DNA of 64,000 nucleotides, taken from a virus. Taxonomy: Duplodnaviria > Caudoviricetes. The number at the start of each line of letters is the position of its first letter. Position 1 is the stretch's first letter. Below, piece by piece: positions 9,758 through 18,400 of this stretch. The translations under genes were made by a program, and so were the position numbers. The notes below the pieces were generated by a model, which made no database searches, was not told the origin of the DNA, and saw only the letters and a list, made by a program, of their open reading frames with translations. The stretch spans positions 1,092 to 65,091 of the IMG/VR virus record IMGVR_UViG_3300037453_000856; one strand, written 5' to 3'.

Positions 9758-11215
9758 ATGTCTTGGTATAACGATTATCTTGCTAATGACGACATTAATA
9801 TTCTGTGTGAAGAGTATCAGCCGAATATTACGTTCGCCGATCCCCGTAGACTGCTGCTCCAGCAGATCATAAACTATGGCAACAGCTCCTTCACTATTCC
9901 GAAGGGCCAGTGCATTAACGTTCAGTCGAAGCCTCTCCGCAGGAAGAAAATCAAACACGACGTCACTATTTATCGTTGCCGTTTGAAATTCCCGTGGATT
10001 GTCACCATTTCTGCCGTTGACAAAGCCGCCGACAATGTCGCTACTTGGACCGTTGATGGCGTTACCGGCAAACCCGACACCAAATGGGCTGGCAAAACCT
10101 ATCCTGCTGAGTATATGGTTCTCTACCTGAGCACCTATAATCAGGGCTGGGATAGCCAGGGCCATGCTGAAGTTCGCGCCGTCCCGATCAACACCATCCT
10201 CGAAAGCAAACACACTGGCGAGGATATTGTTGTCGTCGACTTCGACAAGAACGCCAACGCGGTTCTGATTCGCCGCGACGTTCTGTATCCGAGCGAAACC
10301 GATGCTAAGAACGCTGGCGTCCTCGCCGGTACCATCTTCCGTACCAGCACTACCGAGCCCACTCTTAAAGCGGAATTTGCCGCCGGCAAACAGTGGGAAA
10401 TCAAAACCACTGCTCTGTATGAGAAAGACTGGGCTTCCGACAACGCTGGCATGGAAAAGGTGGCTGTCTATAAGAACTACGTTCAGTTCTTCGACACCAT
10501 CTTCGGTTCCACGCTTACCGCTGACAATACCATCTTCCATGGTGGCGATCCCCGCAAAGCTCTTGACAGGTTCCATTGCGAACGCCTGTCTGAAAAGATC
10601 GAGAAAGCTCTGCTCAAAGGCCAGGGCCGTTACATCGAAGATCCGGAAGACAGCGTCAACCGCATGCAGACCATGCAGGGCGTCCTTGCCGCTCTGTCCC
10701 AGGGCCCGAACGCCGCTGAGAACTGCGTCTCTCTGCTTGAAAACAGCGGTAGCGGTCTGCTTACTATTGATAAGTTCAATAACTGGATCGACTTCCTGAG
10801 CCAGAAAGACACCTGCGACTTCATCTTCTGCTCTGCCAGGCTGCTTTCTGCCGTTAATAAACTCGACCGCCAGTTTGTCCGCACCAGCTTCGGCGAGATT
10901 TGGACCGGCAACCAGATCCTTGGTTGGAGATCCGACCTCTCGAAGACCAAACTGATCTACTATCCGCTGCTTGATGACGCCATCCCCGTCACCATCCACG
11001 GCAAAGAGGGTCTTGGTGCTGTCACTGTCGACGCTATTAAGTACAACTTCGATAAGCACGCTCGTATCCGCACGCTCATTCCGTTGACCGTCCGCGATAA
11101 GATCGGTACCCGCGAAGCTCGTACCTACAGCGAAAAGTGGCTGTTCACCGCTCTGACTGCCGAGTGGAACCACCCCGAACTGGGCGGCCTGCTCTGCGAC
11201 GTCCAGGGCGCTTAA
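9758..11215 (+). CDS. Major capsid protein (HK97 fold, SU10/DUF5309-like, with insertion domain)
   Basis: NYVQFF...EKIEKALLKG...MQGVL pattern; C-ending high-expression codons; followed by terminator. Confidence 0.85.
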   Translation: MSWYNDYLANDDINILCEEYQPNITFADPRRLLLQQIINYGNSSFTIPKGQCINVQSKPLRRKKIKHDVTIYRCRLKFPWIVTISAVDKAADNVATWTVDGVTGKPDTKWAGKTYPAEYMVLYLSTYNQGWDSQGHAEVRAVPINTILESKHTGEDIVVVDFDKNANAVLIRRDVLYPSETDAKNAGVLAGTIFRTSTTEPTLKAEFAAGKQWEIKTTALYEKDWASDNAGMEKVAVYKNYVQFFDTIFGSTLTADNTIFHGGDPRKALDRFHCERLSEKIEKALLKGQGRYIEDPEDSVNRMQTMQGVLAALSQGPNAAENCVSLLENSGSGLLTIDKFNNWIDFLSQKDTCDFIFCSARLLSAVNKLDRQFVRTSFGEIWTGNQILGWRSDLSKTKLIYYPLLDDAIPVTIHGKEGLGAVTVDAIKYNFDKHARIRTLIPLTVRDKIGTREARTYSEKWLFTALTAEWNHPELGGLLCDVQGA

Positions 11216-11223
11216 CCCCTATC

Positions 11224-11256
11224 AAAAAGAGGGGAGGGCAACCTCCCCTCTCTTTC
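11224..11256 (+). terminator. Rho-independent terminator after capsid gene (possibly bidirectional)
   Basis: AGAGGGGAGG-GCAA-CCTCCCCTCT perfect 10-bp stem, GNRA loop, flanked by A-run and CTTTC. Confidence 0.85.
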
Positions 11257-11260
11257 AATT

Positions 11261-11551
11261 ATGGCTTATACTTACTTTGTAAACTCCGAGACTGGCGATA
11301 TCTATCCCGCTTCCAACGAGACTATCGCTTCTTCTTATCGCAAGTACAAGAATTTTGTTTCTTTTACTTGCCCCAAAGAAGCTTCTGCCTTTGCCGCCTC
11401 TGTTGCTTCTAAAAAGTCCGCTCCTGCTGAGCCCGAGGCTCCCAAGAGCACAATCGTTGATCCTTCCGATATTACTCCTCAGGATGCCGTTATCGCTGAG
11501 ATGTCCACTTCTCGCCGCGTTCGCGCTCTTCCTGGCAGAAAGAAAAAATAA
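11261..11551 (+). CDS. Small head-associated hypothetical protein
   Basis: Between capsid and adaptor; basic C-terminus. Confidence 0.65.
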   Translation: MAYTYFVNSETGDIYPASNETIASSYRKYKNFVSFTCPKEASAFAASVASKKSAPAEPEAPKSTIVDPSDITPQDAVIAEMSTSRRVRALPGRKKK

Positions 11552-13255
11552 ATGAATCCCTATTATCTCCAGCGTTATTGTGAGTCTTATCTTGAAGACT
11601 CCACTATGCGTCCTCTTATAAGACGCGCTATTAACAGCGCTATCACCTTTGTCTGCACTCAGAACGAGCCTGGCAAAGATTGGTCTTTTATGGTCAATGA
11701 TAACGCTGAGTTTAGTGTTCATTATGATTCGTCTGATGCTCTTGTCGGCCTTGCTTATCTTCCTGTCGGCGTCCGTTCTGTCATAAACATTTACGAAGGC
11801 CCCGATTTTAAGGCTCATATCCATGGCCGCACTATTGTTGTGGAATGCCGTCCCGGCCTCCATCCCGCTTCTCGCCCTTCGTCTCTCCGCGCTCGCGTCT
11901 ACAGAGCTCCTGTCCCTCTTTCTGCTAACCCTACGAATAAGACGGACATGGACACCGAGTGGACTCCTGATAATCCTCCTGATAGCGACATCTTCCTTCC
12001 TGACGAGGCTACAGACCTTGTTTGCTTCAGAGCTCTCCAGATCCTTGGTGTCGTTGAGATCGAGGTTGCCAATAACATCCAGTCTCTCCAGTCGCTTATC
12101 AGCGAGCAGCTGGCTACTCTCCGTGCCAACTACTCCATCCAGATCGACACCCGCGTTCCCGTTGACGAAACTAAAGAGCATAACGAGTCTCTTACCGCTG
12201 GTTGGCTCGTAAACTACGGTGCAACGCTCGTAGGAGGCGAAAGAGACACTTATCAGCTCTTGAGGCTTGTCAATGTAGCCGCCAGCAATATAGCCGATTG
12301 GTTGAAGCTTAAGGGCGCTCAGAGGCCCAAACCTGTCTATAAGCTGACCGATCCTTTGCCCGATTTCGGCAAGCCTTCCGGCGCTAACATGTCCGGTGAT
12401 CCCAACGGCGATCGCTCTTTGATTCCTGCTGCCTACTGGGAAGCTGCTATGAATTATGTCTGCCTTAAGCATATTAAGCAGCTTGAGAAGTTCAATTTCG
12501 AAGAGTATCAGCAGACCATGGCCGCGCTTTCTGACCTTTTCTACTCTCTTAGGGACAAAGGTCAGACTGATATATATACCTACGGCGGCATGATGAACCA
12601 CCTTAGAACTCTTTGGAAGAACCAGCGCGGCGACGCTTTCCTTTGGTCTTCTCTCAACAGGGCCATCGCCGATGTCATGCGCCAGATTAACGTTCAGTTT
12701 ACCCAGCAGCTTTACGACTTTTCTCCTCGCGTTTGTGGCGTTAAGTCCGTTAATTTGCCTTATCATATCAAACATATAGTTCGCATTATGATCAACGGTC
12801 GTCGCGTTATCTGCCGCGGCGCCGAGCAGCGCGGTCGCGTCCGCCCTGAGCAGGGCGTGTGGGGTTTCCCCGATGCTCCTCACTCCTTCAGTCACATGGT
12901 TGCTTCCGTTCGTGGTCGCTCCGTCGAGTTCAGCCACCCTCTTCCCGTCGGTTGCAAACTCGAGATCGCCTATTACCCAATGCACGTCTGGCCGTCTTAT
13001 TCCGACCCCGACACCGCTGATATGCTCATTCCTGTAGATCCTTCTCTCGTTTTGACTCGCGTTGAGGCCGATATCGCTCTTGAAAGCGGCAATGGCAGCA
13101 AGTATAAGGCTCTTATGGATATCTTTATGCAGCAGCTTCAGGCCTACGACGAGACTCAGAACGTTAATCTTGCTGACGACGATCGTATTATCGCCGCTGT
13201 TCCTCCTGTCGATTATCTTCTCGACGTTAACACCGGATGTTGGCTTAACTACTAA
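11552..13255 (+). CDS. Head-tail adaptor / tail ring protein with three adaptor-like modules
   Basis: Three recurrences of helix (RRAINSAI, RLVNVAA, SSLNRAI) followed later by xLxP-helix (IFLPDEATDLV, SLIPAAYWEAA, MLIPVDPSLV). Confidence 0.6.
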   Translation: MNPYYLQRYCESYLEDSTMRPLIRRAINSAITFVCTQNEPGKDWSFMVNDNAEFSVHYDSSDALVGLAYLPVGVRSVINIYEGPDFKAHIHGRTIVVECRPGLHPASRPSSLRARVYRAPVPLSANPTNKTDMDTEWTPDNPPDSDIFLPDEATDLVCFRALQILGVVEIEVANNIQSLQSLISEQLATLRANYSIQIDTRVPVDETKEHNESLTAGWLVNYGATLVGGERDTYQLLRLVNVAASNIADWLKLKGAQRPKPVYKLTDPLPDFGKPSGANMSGDPNGDRSLIPAAYWEAAMNYVCLKHIKQLEKFNFEEYQQTMAALSDLFYSLRDKGQTDIYTYGGMMNHLRTLWKNQRGDAFLWSSLNRAIADVMRQINVQFTQQLYDFSPRVCGVKSVNLPYHIKHIVRIMINGRRVICRGAEQRGRVRPEQGVWGFPDAPHSFSHMVASVRGRSVEFSHPLPVGCKLEIAYYPMHVWPSYSDPDTADMLIPVDPSLVLTRVEADIALESGNGSKYKALMDIFMQQLQAYDETQNVNLADDDRIIAAVPPVDYLLDVNTGCWLNY

Positions 13256-13785
13256 TGCCTCGCACTGACGCCTTAGATTCCCAAGGTCATCATAACCTTA
13301 TGGGTATTGACCTTCGCAAGAACGCCAATCAGAACACTGCGCTCGATGCTTTCAACGTCCGTGTCGATTCTGCTCAGCTTTTTGTTAATCGTCTTATGCC
13401 TAGGCTTTATAAAGACAAATCTCAGAAGCACATGTTTGCCTGCGAGGCCCGCAACCTTTCTGGCGTCGATTTCGACTACGACTTTACCGCCGACGAAGAG
13501 GCTCCTTCTATCCTTTCCACCGGCACCTCTTCTATTCCTAAAGCCTACCAAAAGTCCTTTTCTTATCGCATTGTTGGCAAAGGGCTTTCTACTATCTCTA
13601 ACCTTTTTATAATCAACGTTTCTGACAATTCCTCTAAGGTTGGCAACGCTGATTTTGCTTTTGTTTATAACAAAGAGGACGGTCCTGTTGATACTATCTT
13701 GCTTTCCATAGTTCCGTCTCCTTCTTCTAAGATAATCCTCATTTCACCTTTTGGCTCTTGTAGCTATATCATTCCCCAACCATGA
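13255..13785 (+). CDS. Possible N-terminal part of tail nozzle/stabilisation protein
   Basis: LMGIDLR...ALDAFNVRVD...NRL resembles N-termini of P22 gp10/T7 gp12-like nozzles. Confidence 0.4.
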   Translation: MPRTDALDSQGHHNLMGIDLRKNANQNTALDAFNVRVDSAQLFVNRLMPRLYKDKSQKHMFACEARNLSGVDFDYDFTADEEAPSILSTGTSSIPKAYQKSFSYRIVGKGLSTISNLFIINVSDNSSKVGNADFAFVYNKEDGPVDTILLSIVPSPSSKIILISPFGSCSYIIPQP

Positions 13786-15437
13786 AACGCTTTCTTGTTT
13801 TCTTCTCTATCGTCGCTGTTGCCGCTACCGTTTATTGCGCTCAGTATGTTGATTTTCATCCTTATTCCGATGTGGATATGCAGATGCGTTTCCGCGTTAA
13901 AAATATGGCTAATCCCATTAACCCTCAGGATGCTGCTACTAAAAAATATGTAGACGATGCCGTTTCCGGAGGTACTTCTACCTATGTTACTCCTGAGGCT
14001 CTTGAGGATCGCATAACTGTTTATGATGCCGGCATAAAAGACTGGGCTAGCGGTGAGCATACTCTTCTCGAACAGCTCATTAAAGACTGGGCTTCCGGCC
14101 AGCTTGTTTCCCTTGATTCTACCCTTCGTTCTTGGGCAACCTCCAGTTTCCTTCCTAAAGATCCCGATCACATTCACGTTACTGGCGATTTCCACGTTGA
14201 CGGCAACGCCGCTATCGACGGTGGCCTTCGCGTCGGCACTTCCGGCATCGACATGTCCGGTGGCCGCATCAGAAACCTTCCCGGCCCTCAAGACCGCAAC
14301 GACGCCGCCTCTGCTGGCTATGTTTCTGACAACTACCTTAAGCTTAACGGCGGTCGTATGAGAGGCGAAATCAACATGGCCGATGAAGACGGCGATCGTC
14401 ACCGTATCATAAATCTTGCTGATTACGGAACCGCTTCCGGCGATAACGGCTACAACGCTGTCAACAAACATTATGTTGATGGCGCTATTCTTGATGCTCT
14501 TGGCACTATTCACCTCGAAGATTACCTCCCTCTCGCTGGTGGCACCATGACTGGCTCCATTGACATGAACCGTCTTCCCATTCTTGGTCTTCCCGTTACT
14601 CCTGCCCGTTATGACGAAGCCGCGTCTAAATCTTATGTCGATTCTCGTTATTCCGATGCCATTTCTTTCCGCCAGCTCGATTCTTTCCTTTTTTCTGTTA
14701 CCAACGATTTCTCCACCACTGCCCGCATTTTTGAAGCTCCCTCTTTAGCTTCCCCTGTTTCTTTTTACGTCATTCTTCTTCACTCCGTTCAGCGCCTTCA
14801 GTTTTATGTCGATGGCAATTCTTCTGTCCTTGGCAAGGACTTCGTCATCCAATCCTCTGTTGTTTCTGGCGACGGTAAGAGCGCTGGTTCTATTATCCAT
14901 TTCAAGGTCTCTCAGCCTGTTCCTTTTGTCTCTAGCCAGGCGTTCTCTTTTGTCGCTTATGACGCTTATGCAGACGATGCTTCTTTGGCCTCTTGCTGTT
15001 TGCTTAGGTGGACCAGCTCCGATCCTCCTCTTCCTCCGCCTCCCGTTGCTGAGTTTACTTACTCTTCCTCCATTTCTGTTGGTGGCGTCACCACTCCTCT
15101 TGATCCCTCTGAATCTGTTCACTTAGAATTTCCCTCTGAGTCTTACGACCCTTCTGTTGGCGGTTTTCCTTTCTCTTTTGAAATCACTAACACCACTCCT
15201 GGTATTTATTCCGCCGCTGAATTTACCCTTACTGTGCTCCATTCCTCCGGCGGCGTCTCTCCCTACACCGACTCTTCCTCTATCCCTGGCGGTGGCATGT
15301 CTCATTCTTTCTCTTTTGTCGCCATGCCCAATTCCTCTTTTTCCGTCAAGGTTTCCAATAGCGTTGGTTCCGACGTCTTCTTCGGCTATTTCTCTACTCC
15401 TTCTATCACGCCTCCTGTTGAGCCTCCTGAGCTTTAA
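13782..15437 (+). CDS. Fibre-repeat protein with N-terminal signal peptide and C-terminal Ig/PKD-like domain
   Basis: MKRFLVFFSIVAVAATVYCA; about four DAA(T/S)KxYVD / GGTMTGSIDM motifs; PPPPVAEFTY. Confidence 0.65.
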   Translation: MKRFLVFFSIVAVAATVYCAQYVDFHPYSDVDMQMRFRVKNMANPINPQDAATKKYVDDAVSGGTSTYVTPEALEDRITVYDAGIKDWASGEHTLLEQLIKDWASGQLVSLDSTLRSWATSSFLPKDPDHIHVTGDFHVDGNAAIDGGLRVGTSGIDMSGGRIRNLPGPQDRNDAASAGYVSDNYLKLNGGRMRGEINMADEDGDRHRIINLADYGTASGDNGYNAVNKHYVDGAILDALGTIHLEDYLPLAGGTMTGSIDMNRLPILGLPVTPARYDEAASKSYVDSRYSDAISFRQLDSFLFSVTNDFSTTARIFEAPSLASPVSFYVILLHSVQRLQFYVDGNSSVLGKDFVIQSSVVSGDGKSAGSIIHFKVSQPVPFVSSQAFSFVAYDAYADDASLASCCLLRWTSSDPPLPPPPVAEFTYSSSISVGGVTTPLDPSESVHLEFPSESYDPSVGGFPFSFEITNTTPGIYSAAEFTLTVLHSSGGVSPYTDSSSIPGGGMSHSFSFVAMPNSSFSVKVSNSVGSDVFFGYFSTPSITPPVEPPEL

Positions 15438-15439
15438 TT

Positions 15440-18400
15440 ATGCTTTTTTCTCGAAACAGATATCATAGACAGGTCGAACAGTCCGACAAGCACCTTATAG
15501 TTAACGGCCCTACCAACCTTATGGTTGACAGCCGCGGTGTTGTTCGGCCTTTCGGTATTGGCCAGCCTCCTGCCGGCCCCTCCGCCAAACCTCTTGACAA
15601 GCAGGGCGTTCTTCGCCGCGATATATCTTATTCTTACCTTTACACTTATTTCGACTCCTACAATAATGCCGAGAGCGAACCTTCGCCCTGCACCGATTTC
15701 GTTGGCCTTTCCAAAGTCGGTTCTTTTTCCCTTATCGGCTTTGGCAGTGTTGGTGATTCTGTTTCTTTTTCCAAACTTATAATTACAGGCGACCTTGAAA
15801 AAGAAGATGATTATTATAAAAATCAGAGCATCGCTGTAAATGTAGTCAACAACGACCGCAAGACCGAATATTCCCAGTGGCAATATCGCAAGATCATTGG
15901 CTACAAGTGGGACGCTGAACAAAACGCCGGTATCTTTACCCTTTCTCGCCCTCTTATCAATGTCGACACTGATCCCGAGGACCGTAATTACGAGGTTAAG
16001 CTTTCCGATATAGAGTGTGAAGAAGGCGTTGTTGGCGGCAAGGCCGCCGGTAAGTCCAAGCTCATCCTTGATCCTTCCGCTTCCACCGATATTGCTTCTT
16101 ATCGTCTTAAGCTTATCCGTATTACCGCCGGCAAAGGCAAAGGCCAGGCTCGCATTATTGCCGATGCATGTCTTAACCCCTCCGGTCTTGTTGAAATAAC
16201 TCTTGCCAAACCTTGGAAAGTTAAGCCGAAGTTTGTCGACGACAATCTTCCCGAGGTCCAAAAAGCCCAGTCTGAGTGGCAGGCTAAAGAGCGCCTCCCT
16301 ATCTCTTATTTCAACCGTTGGTTTAGCTCCGAATATATGATCTACGATCCCATGCGTCATAGCGGGCTTGCTATTGACGGAGCTGTTACTTCTTACGACA
16401 AGAAAACTGGTTTAGTTGCTATCGACGGTCTTGGCAATGGGTCCGCTATTCTTTCTGGCAACGTTATCCGCTTTGTCCAAAAAACCGAAAAGAAGCAAGA
16501 AGGCGGCACCACTGTCGAGCGTTCTTCTTCTTCTCTTGTTGTTTCTCTCGAGAACTCCAACACCGCTGACGACTGGGTCGAGTCCGACGGTTTGATCGAC
16601 AAGACGATCCGCATTACTTCCGGTCCTGGTTCTGGCGCTACGTTTGTCATTTCCGCTGTCGAAAAGTCTGGTGAGAACTCTATCTCCCTTACTCTTTCCT
16701 CTGCTAACTATGCCGATTATAATAGCGAGGCTTTTTCTCTTACTGGCACCCCCAATGCTGCTTCTACTTTTGTTATCTTTTCTGACGATCCTATAAGCTC
16801 TCCTTCTCTTACCATTGGTGCTGTTTCTTCCAAGAGCGAAGGTACTCTTTATCGCAACGCCGATGCTGACACTTCTTATTCAAAAGATAGCAGCGGCATT
16901 TATTATATTGGAGATTCTGCCAATTTCATCCCTTATTCTGAGTGGAACAACGACAATGATAAGACCGGCAAGCTTTCTCTTTCCTTTCCCGGCGCTACTG
17001 TTCGTCTTTTCGAGCCCAAAAAAACTGTTGGTATTATTGTTCGTGATCCCGCTGCTGTTTCCGCTATAGCTTCTCTTTTCCCCGACCCTACCGTTGCCGA
17101 TCCTTCTATCGAAATCGACCTCATACTCTCCTTTGCCAACGGATCTCCTGACGTTTCTTTCCGCGCCGCTCTTCCTTCTCACGGGTATGTTTCTTACCAT
17201 TCGCCTTATTATGCCGTTCTTTTCTTTAACAATATTGGCACCGACGGAAAAACCAAATTTAAGAGCCTTCTTACTAAAAATAGTAAGTACATAGGAGACG
17301 ATGCCTGGTCTGTTTCCCTCGCTTCCTTGTATAATCACGGCGATGACAGTACCAAGACCGCTGATCCTCCTGACAACGATATTGATCCCGGATTTAAGAT
17401 TTACGTTTCCAGCCTTTCTGATCTTGGTCTTTCCTCTGACTCTCTTGTTTCCGGCGCTTATTCCCTTACTTTTACCGTTTCTCCCCGTATTCCTGAGGAC
17501 ATCATTCCTGGCAACCCTGACAAGGCCACTAAAAAGTATTCTTACAGGATCACTCGCCCCATTCTTTCCGTCGGTGATTCCAGCCCCGACGGGTCTCTCG
17601 CCCCTTATGTTGTTGTTTCTGGCGCTCTTCCTGTTCTTTACCTCGACCCCAAGCAGGAGCCCCATCAGCTTTTTCCGCTTCATGGTGCTGCCGCTACTGT
17701 TATTGGTAACTCTCTTATGGAGGGTTTTTATACCGGCTGGAAGGCATTTTTTTACAATGATGATCTAGAAGCCAAACCGAAGCAGAAGTTCAAAGAAGCT
17801 CGTGTTGCCGGTTATTTTGACGCTTCCGGTTCTCTTTTGCTCGACACTAAGCTTTCCGGCGTCGGGCCCGGTTGGTCTTGCGTCCTTTTCTCGGAATATT
17901 CCAGATGCCTTGGCACCGCTATTGCTCCTTACGACTCCGACGCCTTTTATGCTAAAAAGTCCGTTCCTGTAAAGGCCTATTACGATTACATTCCCCTCGA
18001 GGCCTTTGCTGCTTCCGAAAACAATCCCGAAGACGACACCGTTCCTTATGAAGGTTGGACCGTTCAAGTTCTTTCTTCTTCCAAACGTCGTAAAAACGGC
18101 ACCTCTAAGTATAAGGCTATTTCTTCAAAGAAGGCCGAAAAGCGCAAACGCACCATTGTCAAATATTTCCCCACTTCTCGCCGTGCTTATGTCTTTTATA
18201 AAGAAGAAGATGCTTCTTTTCCTGCTGACGTCTCTCAGTATTTTAAACCTCAGCTTGACGGGTCTGAACACCTGTGGCTTTATGACGAGTCTTCTGCTGT
18301 TGACACTCTCTTTAACGAAGATTCTGACTCTTCCGTCGAAAAGGACACTTCTGAATATGGCTGCCGTATCCAGGTAACCGATATTCGCCCGTGCCCTTAC

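Noticed and set aside
9746-12985. Long antisense ORFs (475 aa and 576 aa), and similar ones at 6748, 18125, 19445, 60909 and 62208
   Set aside because: They mirror real genes whose T/C-ending codon bias depletes antisense stops; no motifs or RBS.
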